Assembly: GCA_012295275.1 (NCBI GenBank)
Contig: CM022676.1
Location: 6,572,001-6,636,000, forward strand
Direction: 5' to 3'
Length of the DNA: 64,000 bases
Origin: Chrysomallon squamiferum
Lineage: Eukaryota; Animalia; Mollusca
Positions 24,901 to 39,869 of this stretch are shown here, one piece after another. The first letter of the stretch is position 1; the number at the start of each line of letters is the position of its first letter. Under the pieces are notes generated by a model, which saw only the letters and a list, made by a program, of their open reading frames with translations, ran no database searches and was not told the DNA's origin. The translations under genes were made by a program, and so were the position numbers.

Positions 24901-26976
24901 TAACCTTTCTCTCTTTTAAAGTCTGTTTCATCAGTAAATATTTGAGCATAATAAAATAACTGACCATCAAAAAATATTTTCCCTTTGCTTTTGTTTATAA
25001 CAGTATCATTTTCTGCACCCATAAATCAATTTAATATTATTCTTTCATTAATGTCAGCCTTTTTCCTTTGCCATTGTCACTGTTATTGTTAATCGAAGCC
25101 AATAACTGTAGCTATTAGAAGTTAATTATAGACTTCCTTAAATTTCATCATCTGAATCATTTCTTTTTTCTGTCAGAATAGCTTCAGTATTGTAGCAACA
25201 AAAGCAACATGCTGATGTGGAAGCCAATTACATTTGAAGTGAAAATGAAAAAAAACACTATTTACTGTTGAAATAACTGAAGCAGTGGAACAAATGAAAA
25301 GATATGTCAAAATAAAAGATAGCATGTTGTGTCTCAGTGATTTAATGAGTAGACTGAAAAAAGCAATGGAGAGAGAGAGAGAGATAAGAAATAAAATAAT
25401 TATTAAGAGCAAAAACAGTTCAACAAATCGTAATTTATAAGTATATTTTTTTTTTTTTTTTTTTTTTTTGCTTTTTTCACTTAACATCTTCTGTTTTATA
25501 AACAGTTATCATTCACATCAATTACTTTTTAAAAATGTCTTATTTATTATTGTTAATAATAATAATATAAATGTATTGGTAAATGTCAGTGTATTGATTT
25601 AAAATGGGGTTGCAGAGATGTATATATCTTCTATTTTTTGTTGTCAGCCAATTTTTTTTAAAATTATCATTATTATATTTGAACATTATTAATTATTACA
25701 CATCATAAAGATGGCATCCACTTTTCAGAATACTGAAACTATCCCTGCTTATTTGTGACTAACTACAGTTAATTAGGAAGTTTTGGAATTTTTCTCTATT
25801 AATTTTTAAGAAGCTGAGTTTTATGGACCTTCCCTGTTTCTTGTTTCAATAAAACTGCAATTAACTTGCTGCTGTGTAAGAAAGTGTTATTCCAAGAAGA
25901 TAAATCTCAGCATAGCACGATGACATCATCAGAGCTTGTGGATCATCATGAAGAACAGCAAAAACGCAACGAACTGATGGTTTCGAGTTTTGAGTTTCAT
26001 GAAATAGCTTTGGGGAAGGAAACCGATATTGTATGGGGAAAGGAAATGTTGTCTAGGGGAAATGTGGAACAGGCTGGGTAGAAAGTTGTTTGTGCACATT
26101 ACATTGGAATGTAAAAGTTATGCATGCACACATGTAAAAAGAATGTGGACCAAAGCAGCTGCTTAGAAAAAAAAAAAAATGTTGATGGGTTATGTATGAT
26201 TCACGAGGCCATGCTAAAAGTACATGTCTTATGTATTGGTTGTTATGAAATCCTTCTTCTGTGTCCTTGAAAATAAGACACAAACTATGATAATGAAGGT
26301 GATGATTATGATGGTAAAGATAACAGTAATTTCATAATCAGGACAATTATGATGGGAAAATGATAAAGATGATAATGATGGTAATGGTAATTTTATAATA
26401 ATACATTATAATACAAAATGTAACTGATAGTGTGTGTGTGTGTGTGTTATTCATACTTAAAAAAAAAATTAAGATTCTGTTAATGCCAATATTTAAAAAG
26501 TTAAAATTAATGATAACAACATTTTAAAGTAAGTTTAAAACAAGTGAAAAAAAAAATTCATTTTAAATAGTGAACTCACAATGAATGGAGTGGGTATTTT
26601 TTATTATTAAAAAATATTTTCAGTCTGATATTTATACTGGTAAGTGAAAACTAATCAGATAAAAAAAAAAAAAATAATAAATAAACAAATAAATAAATAA
26701 AGCAAACAAAAGATATATAATAAATAATGATAATTTAACAAATTATAATAATAATAATAATAAAAAACAAATTTAAAAAGTTTATTTTTAAAAAAGGTAA
26801 ATGAACCAAAATGAACAGAAAGAAAATAGATAAGAAAAACATCTTCACAGAATCCTTAAAAAAATAAAAAAAAATAAAAAAAAAGTTTCAAGTTTCTTCT
26901 TTTTGTAGGAGATTAACTTTTGCACTTCGCAAGATAAACATCTTTTTAATGCAAGTAGCTGACAAAACCAAAGATT

Positions 26977-26990
26977 GTTTCCATGGTAAC
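26977..26990. promoter_or_regulatory. RFX X-box
   Basis: GTTTCCATGGTAAC, consensus 14-bp X-box. Confidence 0.6.
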
Positions 26991-27154
26991 GAGAAACTAC
27001 TGGTACACAGAGTGCTTTCAGAGGAACAGAAAAAAAAGTTTTAAAAGTTTTCTTAAATTGTTGTTAGCTTTTCGTTTTGTTAGAAAAAGATTATTAATAA
27101 ATTATGTGAGTGAAAATGGCAGTTTAAGTGTAATTTGTTCAGCACTTGTTTAAG

Positions 27155-27156
27155 AA

Positions 27157-27188
<32 letters not shown>

Positions 27189-27545
27189 AAATAATAATGT
27201 AATGATAATAATAATAATAAAGACATAATAATGCTATAATAAAATAATAATAATAGTAATAATAATAATGATAATAGCAATAATATTAATAATGATAAAA
27301 ACAATAATAATAATAATAAGCAATAATAATAATAATAATAATAAAAACAATAATAATGATAATAATAATAAAAATAAGAGCAATAATAATGATAATAATA
27401 ATAATAATAAGAGCAATAATGATGATGATGATAATAATAATGATAATATTAATAATAATAATAAAAGCAATAATATATATAATAATAATAATAATAGTAA
27501 TAATAATAATTAGCAATAATAATGGTAATAATAAGAATAAGAGAA
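27155..27545. repeat. (AAT)n-rich low-complexity tract
   Basis: Long imperfect AAT repeat. Confidence 0.9.
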
Positions 27546-27987
27546 ATCGCTGCAGATTTCAGTGACATGCCTTGACACAGGCAACCCTTATCCCTCATTC
27601 AAAAGAGTTAATGCAAAACACCCAGTGTTGTGCAGTGATTCTTGTTCAAGTGGAAACCAGACGAGGCTCCCAAGGGGTGGGTGTTGATTGAATTGAACTG
27701 CTTGCTGAATAGCTGACTGATTTTAGGATTAATGAAGTGTGTTATTTTTATATTTCTTTCTTCCTCTTTCTGTTTACTTTTCTTTGTCATTCTCTTTCAT
27801 TCTTTCTTTCTTTGATTCTGTCTTTTTCTTTCTCTTTCTTTCTTTTTTCTCTCACATTCTGATTTTCTCTGTGTGCATATGTTTGTTATTAATATTAATA
27901 TTTTACTACCAATATATGTCTGTTATCATCACCTGCATCATCATTATAATCTTCATCATTTCACTATTATTATTGTTATTGTTATTA

Positions 27988-28018
<31 letters not shown>

Positions 28019-30084
28019 TTATTTTTTTTTTGATTTAATTGACATTTTCAAACTGGAACTGAAATGTAGCTTTTTAAAACATTTCATAGGTTAATTGTAC
28101 AGAAAACAACACTGACAAACAGAAATTTATTGGGATTTTTTGAGATACAAAAACAAGATTGTTACTAGATTAGTATTCACATTATATTTATATAAAAAAA
28201 ATAATAACAAAATAACAAAATAAAACAAATAACAAAACAAATAATAAAAATAATAATAAAAAATAAATAAATAGTAAAAAAAAAAAAATATATATATATA
28301 TAATAACAACAACAACAAAGAAACCCTGTTTGTCACATCATATGAAAAAAAAAGGATTGTTTAAAAAACTAATTCATCATTTTATTACCAAGGACCAGTA
28401 TCTTATTATGGTACACAACAAAACTGATTTAAAAAATCATTTTTCAAATCATTAACAAACAGCTGTTTTTCATCATTTTATTCCTTAGTGAGGTTTTGTC
28501 GATCGTTAGATACGAAACAAGAAATATTAAAAAAAAAAAAAATACTTGGTAATTTTATTAACAGACTGATGAATATTTGGATTCAATATACAAGACTGAT
28601 ACAGAAAAACTGCCTCTAAATTGACATTACCAAGAGATGGCTGGTCCTTTGATATGAGAGAAAATTGAATTCAGAATTACCAAAAGAGACTTGGTTATTG
28701 TGAAAGAAAACAAAACTGACTTAGGGAATAATTGGTAGTTACATACAGACACCAGCTGGCTGCTGTACAAATAATAACACTGGAATTAGATTGACAGGAA
28801 CATTCCCATTCCAACCAGCATCTCTTCTTTGGTTTATTAAAGGGTTAATGTATTTATCTGTATATAAAAAAATAACACATGGAAAAATTGCAGGGTTAGA
28901 TTTCCTTATAAATTAAAAAAAAAAAAAAATAATGGAGACATTTTAAAGAATTAAAAAAAGTCTACATATGATTAATACTAAGATGTTGAGGTATTGATGT
29001 GCAAATATTTATTCATTGTGAAATACAAGAAGATATATCACTTTTGTTAAGGTTTCTCTTATTATTTTGCCATATCTTAAATCTGCTGTTCTTCTTCTTA
29101 TTATTATTTTATTTTTTTTTTTTATCATTATTACTGTTATCAGGTAAATTGTAATCATCATCATCATCATCATCATTATCATTATTATTATCTTAATTAT
29201 CATCATCTCATGAAATCATCACCATCTCATGAAATCATCACCATACTTTATTCATAAATTCTGAATATTAATTTATCTGGATTAAACTATTTTCTTGTTG
29301 ACCACGTTAATGTCCAACATTAATAATAATTGCTAAATACAATGACCCTCTTAATACAATACACTGTCATTAACTGGACAAGCTCCCTCATGTTTTATCT
29401 TTCTGCTTTACATAGGACTGTACATGGATTTTTATTTTTCTATGACAATACAACAATGTAATTTGGGTTCAAGCTGGATACAGAACAGTAGTAATTAACA
29501 ATGTTAGTAAATTAGTAAAACTATAGAGTTCTGCCATATAATCCATCTCTTTTTAGGTGTATGAAAGAGAGGGGGAGGGAGGGAGGGGAGGAGACACAGG
29601 CAAGAGATGTATCTATTATAATTTTATTAAAGCAAATTGATGTTTAAGTTTGATATGAGAGAGATAGAGACATCTCTCTCTCTCTCTCTCTCTCTGTCTC
29701 TTTCCCTCTGTCTCTTTCCCCTCTCTCTCTCTCTCTCTCTTTCTCAAAGACATCATCAGACTTCCACCAATAACCATTGACATCTAAACCAATTCATCAC
29801 ATAACTTAAAAAGACAAATATTATTACATCCAGAACAATTCAGTCAGTTTCAAAAAATTTTATTTCCACGCTTTTTTTTTAAACACCAAGGACTGCAGAC
29901 AAACAAGAGAGATTTATTTGACACCATCTCTACCTGAAATGAATTCTTATACACTTCCACACTTAATTAACAGGATGCGCAACTGGGAAAGTAATCGCGT
30001 GGGATACTTGCTCAAAGCCATCTACATGCACTGTGTACCCATGTTAACATATCAGACCATTCCTCGGCAGCATCTTGGTACTTT

Positions 30085-30097
30085 GTTGCCTAGCAAC
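30085..30097. promoter_or_regulatory. RFX X-box
   Basis: GTTGCCTAGCAAC in a locally GC/CpG-richer island (29970-30190). Confidence 0.6.
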
Positions 30098-30340
30098 AGA
30101 GGGTGTTTCTCGGTCCTAGATTAATGAAGAAGTCAACGGAGCGAGCTATGGTCACTTAAACTGTCAGCCTGGTACTCGACTTGTAATGGAAAAGGGTTAG
30201 CATGTTAATTTATAACTAGGAGCAATTACACACAGTGCATACTGCATTGTGAATTGCCTGTGTCTTAAACACATGTAGTAGAACTTAAGAGTTGTTTCCT
30301 CAAGTCATAATGCAAAGATTTATATTGTAGAATTCTTTTC

Positions 30341-30372
<32 letters not shown>

Positions 30373-30669
30373 TATTTTATTACTGTTAGTTAATGCAAAG
30401 GTTTTATGGTTCTAATGTAAGGGCCATAAAATTCAAATAACAGAATGTTGTTTCCTTGGTTGTTTTAAAAAAAAAAAAATATATATATATTGTTTTGTTA
30501 ATGTAAAGCTTTTAAACTCCTAAATTGGGACTCGTTAATATTCATGTGACAGAATGCTTTTAGTTATTTTTTTAATGTTATTGTTAGGTAGTTCAAAGAT
30601 TTGGTAATTCTATACTGGGACTCTTTTATTTATTTAATATTGTGTCAGCACATATATACTTTTAAGCCT

Positions 30670-31610
30670 TGAAGATTTACCACAGATGAAGGATGTAAAT
30701 TCTAATTTGACTGCACTTGAAACAGCTTAAAGTAATAATATTGCATAATTTGAAGTAATGTTTGGGTCATGCTGACTCCTTATATGATGTGATCTAAGTA
30801 CCTAACCAGACTTCAAACTAAAGCTTAACCACAATGCACTGGCAGCAGCACATTTGACTGTAGATGAATAGCAAAAGTCTAAAATGGACCCTGCTTGAAA
30901 CTACCTATTGTAGTAATATGACATAAGCTGGGCTGTGTTGTTTGTTTTTATGTAGTGATCCTGGTAACTTCCAGTTATCAGAAAAAGGCTTAACCATAGT
31001 TGTACTGTACCACAGGTGAATAGAATAATTCCTAATTGCTCAGAACTGCAGTAATATTTGGGCTTTGATGAATGCCATCAGGATCCTGTGATGTTCCAGT
31101 TTTCAGAGCAAAGGGTTAACCATATTGATGATATTACAAACCTGGCATGTTTGACCACAGATGAATAATGCAGCTGCTAATTAACTGGTCATTGCTGAGA
31201 AATACTTTCAGTAATATTACATAAGTAGAAGTAATATTTGGGCTTTCTTTGGTTGTTAGTAAGATTTGATCCCATGATCTTCCAGTTTTCATACCAAAGG
31301 CTTAACCAACAGTTATATTGTTAAGAAGCCTGATAAATCTGACCACAGATAAAGATAGTAATTCCTGCTTTGCTGAAAGCTGCTTGTAGTAATAATATTA
31401 TATAATCTGAAATAATATTTGGGCTTTGTTTACTGCCAGTAAGATTTGATCTTGATATCTTCCTTTGTTCAGACCAAAGGCTTAACCACAGTGATGTTAC
31501 TAAAAGCCTGGCAAGTTCGACCACAGATGAATAGCATAATTCCAAATTAATTGGACTCTGCTCAGAAACATTTGTAGTAATATTATATAAGCTGAAGTAA
31601 CAGGTGACCA
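30670..31610. repeat. Degenerate ~145-190 bp tandem repeat, ~6 copies
   Basis: Recurrent ACCACAGATGAA (~30679, 31009, 31154, 31342, 31520), GTAATATTTGGGCTT and AAAGGCTTAACCA. Confidence 0.8.
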
Positions 31611-31946
31611 TTTATTTAGTACCTAAAGAAAAATCGATGCCCGCGAGTACGATACTCTATATAAAGAATTCCAATAACTGCCTGGCAGAATGGAAGGAAA
31701 TTGGTGCCTAGGCCAGCATCCTGATTGGAATAATGGTATACAATACCGCTATCACCAGCCAAATATTCTTAATTTAATGTATTGATCTGTGTTGACTGTT
31801 GTTTTCTCATTGATTGAAGGTGGAGCAGAGATTGTCTTGTAGGCAGGGAATCGTTGTTGTGTTGTGACAAAGAGTCATTATAAGAGTTATTTTATGGTTT
31901 TGTTTATGTGTGTGTGTGTGTTTTTGTTTAGTCTCTGGGTTTATTA

Positions 31947-31982
<36 letters not shown>

Positions 31983-32616
31983 CAAGCAAAATGCCATGTG
32001 ATTTATGTGTGAAAGACGATGGTGTTTGTTTTTAGTGAAAATCCAAAGGTATATAAGATATCAGTTCGTGTTAATGTTAAGAATAATTCATGAGTTTATA
32101 GTAGTTGTTTTCTTTCTCAGTTATCTCGTAATATAAAATACATTAAGAAAAGTAATAGCTACAAAAAAAACCCCCACCTAACGTAAAAGTTGTTTGAAGT
32201 GTCGTTAAATAAATATTAAAGACTATAAATGTGCTCAACCAGAAAATTTCATTAAAACATTTCATCAAAGGAATTTTCATTATAAATATTTTATTACGTA
32301 ATCTTCTTATTGTCATCTAATCTTTTCATTTTTATTCTTTTATTATTTAAAAAAAAAAATATATTTTTATTTTTTTTATTCTTTTTGAAAAGAAATGTTA
32401 ACATAACCAAAAACGTCATGACTATTATTCCCCCATATTTGAGCATTGTGGATGAAAATTGGTTACACAAACTTGTAAAAATGTGAAAGTTTTGTAATAT
32501 ATCATTATTATTACACACTTGAAAGCAGTGGTGGTCATTAGATATTGCTCAGTGTGCAGCCCAGATGTTTGGCCTCTCTCTCTCTCTCTTTCTCTCTTTC
32601 TCTCTCTATCTCTCTC

Positions 32617-32664
<48 letters not shown>

Positions 32665-32765
32665 TATTACATACATACTCATATATACAGATATACACAC
32701 AGGGATATATATATAAAGAAACAGCATCTTGGAGATCAGTATTTCTAAATATATTATGTATATTT

Positions 32766-32801
<36 letters not shown>

Positions 32802-34793
32802 TTAGATATATAGATAGATAGATAGATAGATAGATAGCTAGAGGCAGAGATACAGATATATTCAACATATTTAAATTCATTTCACTGAATTCACTGAAGC
32901 AAAAATTCTAATCTCCTTCAGTTCAGTTTATTAAAGAACAAGAATATCTTTTTTTATTTTTATTTATTTAATTTTTTTAAATATTTTTTTTTTTTGGTCT
33001 GTGCAACAAGACATGTGTCTAAGTGTCTGTTATTATCATGTCAACAGTGGCGCCCCCTGGACATGTTAATCACTGAAACTATGTCAGCATTTTGCTCTGT
33101 CATTACCAGCTCTGGTTTAGTTTGCGTTTCTCAAAAGCTCTTGTTAATGATAACTTGACACGGTTAAAATAATATATTTTTTAAAAACTGTTATTTGAAG
33201 TATGGTGGATTATTATTATTTATTTTTTTTTTTTTCTTCTTCTTCTTCTTCTTATTATTATTATTATTTTTGTTATTATTATTATTACTGTTAGTGTAAT
33301 GTTATTATACATATTATTATTTTTATTTTGTTATTATTATTATTATTATATTTTTATTTATTTATTTCTTGTTTTTTGTTTTTTCATGTATATTGTGGAA
33401 GAATAAAAATAAAGTAAAATGAGTGCTTTTATCATAATTATTATTATTATTACTATTATTATTATTATTATCATCATATTTTCTATTTCTCATGCAGAGG
33501 ACTGCCACATTGTGTAACACATTTAAAATCAAGAAATCTATTTTCACACAGAGGACTGCCACATTTTTGCAAGCCACTTAAAATCATGTCATCTCTATTC
33601 CTCGTAATAAACAATACATTTATCACCTGCTTTTATTCATCCAGATTAGGTTTATTCCACAGTCATTTTCATGAACATAACCTAAGGCTTATCTGGCAGT
33701 CTTCACATTTGTGTTACAGGCAAACATACAACACTGATATTTAACTAATGACCAACAGCTATCTTCTGAAGATGAATAGTTTTTTTTAAAAACAAAATGT
33801 TGTATGTTTTCCGTTCTGCTAAAGATTCTTTTCATATTTTTTGACATAGAAATATTGATTAGTTGTTGTGTTTGTATAATGGTGGGATGGTTATGCAAGT
33901 AAATTGCAAAGAAAAGCTCTGTTATTTTATTTTTTTTATTGCAGTTAAATTGTATGTTTAGTTTTTGATTTCTCTTGTTTTTTTATTTATGTATGGTTGG
34001 AATGGGAAATAAGAAACCATGATTTAAATTCTTAGTATGTATTATATATGCTATGGGTTAAAAACATCTGTTCATACTTCTGTCTGATTATCCTTGTGTC
34101 CCTTCATTCCTTTTTCTTTTCATTTTTCTGTTTCTTCATCCTTCTCTTTGTCCATCTGTCTAGCATTCAGAGATAAATATAAAAAAGAAAATATTTTTAG
34201 AAATATGTGCATAAGATACACATAATCTATTTAAAAAAATATATTTGGAATGGGAAAAACAGTGTTCATCACAGGAGCTGTATTCACAAAATGGTGAAAA
34301 TTTGTATCTATGACTAATGCTTAGTTATTATTCCTAGAGTTGTTATTTGAAGCTATTTCAAGATTTTATTCCATATACAGTCTTATGACTCCAAGGAGGT
34401 TCTTAGCAATATGTATGGCACTGCCTTATGGTATTAAGCATAACAAAATATGTATCCTGTGCATAAAACTATATAATCTTTAACTATACACAAAATAGCA
34501 TATAATAGTCCTTAAACCAAATGCATAATACCATATATTGCCTATAACCTTAATGTATGATACTATATATGGTCTTTAATCATGTTCATAATACCATATA
34601 ATGGTCTGTAACCATATGCATAATACCATATATGGTGCTTAACAGTTTACAGGAAAATCACATAGTTTTTGATGATATGCACAACACCACATAACTGTAG
34701 ATTAAAACTGATTGACGGTGTCATTATATAAATCATTTTTTCTTCCATTCCTTACGATCAACATACATTTACACTGTCTACTGAATAACTCTT

Positions 34794-34847
<54 letters not shown>

Positions 34848-35854
34848 AATATATATATGTATATATATATACACACACACACACATACATACATACATAC
34901 ACACATACATACATTCACACACACACATACATACATACATACAAACTAACACACACACACACACACATACATACATACATGCATACACACATACATTCAT
35001 TCACACACACACACACATACATACATACAAACAAACACACACACACACACACACATATATAACATTCTTAACTAATCTCTCACTTCATTTATTAATATGG
35101 GCCGTGGACTTTAGGGACCACAGTATAATTAATACCAGTCTCCTGGGTCATCTGTGATAATAACTGAACAGATAATTAATGTGGCAATTACTGCTAAGCT
35201 ATTGTACCAGCAGCCCAGGATCCTTTTGCATGCATGATCATCTGAGCCAAACACTCATTGACAATAATTACAGTTTAATTGTCGACCAGAACTAGTAGAC
35301 AGCAAATGAGGCAGACTATAAAACCAAGTCCAGTGTTTGTTCTACAAGTGTACTGCATCCAGATAATTAGTTATGCATCTTTTTTTTTTTGAATAATAAT
35401 AATAGTGAGGGTGGTGTCTAGGAATGTTACTTGTTTTGTTAGATTTTGGTTGTTTTTTAATTATAATGGAATGGTGGTTATGTTTTTGATTCAGATGTTT
35501 TGTGTTGTTAATATTCTGTTATGATTGTGAGTATTAGAAATAAGATACGTTTAATGATTAAAATATTTATTTATTTATTTATTTATTGGGGTATTTTTAT
35601 TTTTTTTTTTTTTTTTTTTTTTTAAACCTGGTTACTTAAATTGTAAAGTGATGTTTAGAGAGAGAGAAACAAACAAACACAGCATCTGAAATTTCATAAA
35701 CTCATCACATCATTAGAAAGACATCTTCTGTATGCACAGTAAAAACATGAATCTCAACTTTTTTTGTAAATCCAACATGGAGACATGGTTAGAATGGTAA
35801 ATTTACTTTCTGATAACATCAGTGATCTGATTACATAAAGATAAAACAATAGTG

Positions 35855-36580
35855 TTTAAGTTGAAAATCTACCAACTGATCAGTTCGCATATCTAATTAC
35901 AAAACTCCACCATCTTACTAACCCACCTTTTTGTACAAACCCACCTCTGCAATCCACCATTTGATCCATCCCATTTCCATCTCACCACAGATGATATAAG
36001 AAACAAACAAGTTGAAAATTACCATCTGGTCATTTTAAATATCCGATTACCTCATCTGTCTGAATAAGAACACTGACTGGTAACATATTAATCACCCATT
36101 TTGAACCAAGCTCTCTAACCCAACCTTTTATCAATCCACATGAAGACCACCTAGATTATGTCAGAAATCTTTAGGTTTAAAATTGCCATCTGGTCATTTT
36201 AAGTATCTCATTACATACTCTACCATATGTTTGAAATAAAAAAAATAAAAAAATGACTGGTAGGAAACCATATTATTTAACCATTTCAACTCCAGTTGGT
36301 TGTTTTTGCTCATAATCTCTCTCTCTCTCTCTCTCTCAAATACAAGTTGAAAATCTACCATGTGATCATTTTGAATATCAGAGAAGACCATTCATTTAAA
36401 ATATATAACCCACCTTTCTATTAAAAACATTTCAAACCCACCATTGGGTTATTTACAAAAAAAAAAAAAATATATATATATATACAAATTGAAAATCTAT
36501 CATATGATCATGTCCAATATCTGAGAAGATTCATGCCAAATCCATCATTGATTATATCAGAAATCTGATTAAAAATCCAC
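35855..36580. repeat. Degenerate tandem repeat
   Basis: Recurrent AGTTGAAAATCTACCA...TCATTTT.AATATC motif every ~140-170 bp. Confidence 0.6.
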
Positions 36581-37529
36581 TAGTACATAACTCACAGAAA
36601 GCCAAATGTAATTACTTCCTTTATTACTGGATTTTTTTTATACTTTAATATTTAATGAACTGGCTTTGGCTATTTTAGGAAAATAGTGTTAGAGGATGCA
36701 GTTATATGGTCTAATAATAGATTTATTTTAAATTAATTATTTGTGTATAATCATGTGTTTATATACAATCATTTGTTTTTTTAGTTATTATTGTTGTTAT
36801 TTCATTATTATTATTATTATTATTGTCATCATCATCATTCTTATTGTTATTATTATTATATTGTTACTATTGTCATCAACATTTTTATTTTTATTATTAT
36901 TATTATTATTATATTGGCATTATTATTGTTGTTGTTGTTGTTGTTGCTGTTCCTGTTATGTGAAGATACATATAAAATATTCTGGCTTTTGAATTAAAAG
37001 ATAAATTTGACATCTAACAAATGTTCACTAAAACTGTTCAGGATTCATTTCTTTGTAAGTATTTTTGTTATAAATATCTACATAAATAAGAAAAAAAAAA
37101 TGTTTAAAAATATTAATTTAACATCTTTCATGTATTTATTTGGCATTTGGCAAAACAGAATCAAGAAATGTTGCTATCCAACTTGCATTTATTTTAACAA
37201 AATTTATTTTTAAAATTGCTGTTGATTACAAATTTAGTTATGTGATAACTTTACCTGTATGATAATATAATCAAATTTCACTAAGCTAATCTGTTAATGA
37301 TAATACTAATCTCTAAATGATCTGTTTAATCTCTTAATGATGACCTTAATCTTTTAATGATAATTTCTAATCTATGTAATGATGAATTAAACTTAAAACA
37401 AGCCATAAAATCACTGAAGTTGAAAGTGATAAGTAATTCCAAAGAATATTCCATGTTACTGAAATAAGTGCCTGTAGCTATAAACTGAAGCTACTGATAA
37501 GTAATTCTAAATGATATATCATGAACTGA

Positions 37530-37850
37530 GTGCTGGATTGAGGCACTGAGGTCCATAGGATCAGTTCTTCTCAATGCACCTACTAGGTTTTTTTTCACGT
37601 TCTTGCCAGTGCTCCAACTTCTGGTTTATGAAGGTTTTCTACATCTATCTTTATCTATGATACTCATCAGGCTGTTTCCTATATAAACTTTGCTACCCAT
37701 GGGAAGGTTGCATGTTATCTGAAAATGAACAGTGCTTAGTTGCAGTGTTTTCTTTTGCTATTGCTTTATGGTCCTTATCCATAGGAAATAATGACAAACA
37801 CCATTGCTTAAAATATGTTGAGTTTAACATTAATTAAATATTTCTTCTTT
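37530..37850 (+). mobile_element. Decayed SINE (MetaSINE-like) copy
   Basis: GGATCAGTTC B-box remnant, TTCACGTTCTTGCCAGTGCTCCA core, TGGTCCTTATCCATA and ATGTTGAG...TTAATTAAATATTTCTTC tail. Resemblance to molluscan Meta-domain SINEs is from memory, not a search. Confidence 0.55.
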
Positions 37851-38129
37851 TTTTGGTGTCTTGTATTAGTTTATATTCTGAATACTTGTTTGTTGAAATG
37901 AATGAAATATTTGTTGTTAAAGTGGTTAGGATCATTCTTGTTTGATATTTTTCTGTTAATCTGAATGATGTCATTTAGTAATTATCTTGCCAAAAAGATG
38001 TTATCTGTTATAACAGATGATTAAAAAATCTTATATATACAAAAAAAGAAATAAAGGAATGGATTTTTGGATTTTTTTTATTTTGGATTATATTGTAATC
38101 AATATGAGTTTTTGAGTGCTAATTGTATG

Positions 38130-38181
<52 letters not shown>

Positions 38182-38348
38182 CACACACAGACACACACAC
38201 ACACACACACACACATGCATATGCATGCACAGAAGATACACATATACATACATTCACATTCATACACACATACACCCTCCCAAATACATGCACATATTCA
38301 AACTTACACACACACATACACACATATAGACACAAACACATTCACACA

Positions 38349-38392
<44 letters not shown>

Positions 38393-39838
38393 TACAAATA
38401 CATTCACACACACACCATTTATCAACACTATGCACTTATACTCTTCTTACCATATACAATACATACATACATATGTACACAGATACATAAATACTCATTT
38501 TTCTTGCATAATAAATTATAAAAATGATAATACTGCAGCTAACATTTTTATGTTTTTTATTTTATTTTATTTATTTTTTGTGTGTAAAATTTGAATTAAG
38601 TTGAAAAAAAAAGTCTTTTCTGATTGGGTTTAGTGGTCGCAGTTTGTAATCAAAAGTTATATATTACAAATAACCTATTTCAACTTCGCAAATGGAAATT
38701 TTGATTTATGGCAATAGCATGTTTTTGGAATTATTTGAAAAGAAGATTTCAAAATGAACAACAGGTAAACATTTTAATACAAATATTTATAATATATATA
38801 TATATATATATAAAATACATAAAATGGATAAAATAAGATAATTTAGTTAAAATGGTTATTTGTTCTTAAATTTAATTTATTATTATAATTATTATTATTA
38901 TTATTTTCAATTTTATTATCTTTATTATTGTTTTTTTTTTATCTATAAAATACATATGGTCTGAAATAGATTACTTTTCTTTTATTGAACATTATACAAT
39001 AAGTTGTAATTTACCATAAATATTAATTAACTGTGGTACATCCATATCCAGGTATTGTTTTTTTAATATACTTCCAACTGATAATTTTGTTTGGTTGTAG
39101 ACCACCAACCTTTATTAATAATAAAGATTCGTAGTTGCTTTGTTTATAATTTTCATGCATTTGCTGTTTCAATTATCAATAAGTAAATAACTTGAGAGCT
39201 GCCTTATTTATTTATTTATTTATATATTTATTTATCTGTTTATTTATTTACTAATTAACTTAGTTAATTATTACTAAATTTATTTTTTTAAAAAATCAAA
39301 TAAATAAAATAAAACACCTTTCTGTCTGTAACATTATTTTATTATCACACTTTATTGTTTGCAAAGCATGACTCTTAGCAATAAATCTGAAAAAAACAAC
39401 AAAAAAAAAAACAATACATTTGGAAGTGTACAAAATGTGTTATGGGTTTATTTTTCATAATTCTACAAGTATATTTTGACATCAAACAAATAAAAGATCT
39501 TATGGCCACTTCATTGCATCCTCATGTTTCTTATATTAACCAGTTTTGTGTGAAACTGGAAATATAAATAATAAATGAATTTTTTTTTTAATATAGCCCC
39601 CAGCTTTAGCTTCAAAGAAAAATTACTGAATGAATGAATTTATTATCCTACAGACCATATTTATTTTATTGATTTTGCCCAAAGCCAATCATGCATTTTA
39701 TTTATTTATTTAATATTAGCAAGAAAAATAATACAAAAACAACGACTTTACAATCAAAAGAAAAAAAAAAAAATTCTTTTAATATTTTTTCCTTGTAGGC
39801 TTTAGTTATATCTATGGATAAAATAAATTTAGATGGAT

Positions 39839-39869
<31 letters not shown>

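Noticed and set aside
25866-26081. 71-aa ORF in a GC-richer island
   Set aside because: Non-ATG start, no convincing splice sites or homology; more likely regulatory (TGACATCA at 25921)
27080-27565. Poly-Asn/Ile/Leu ORFs (likewise His-Thr, Val-Cys and Leu-Ser ORFs throughout)
   Set aside because: Translations of (AAT)n, (CA)n and (CT)n microsatellites
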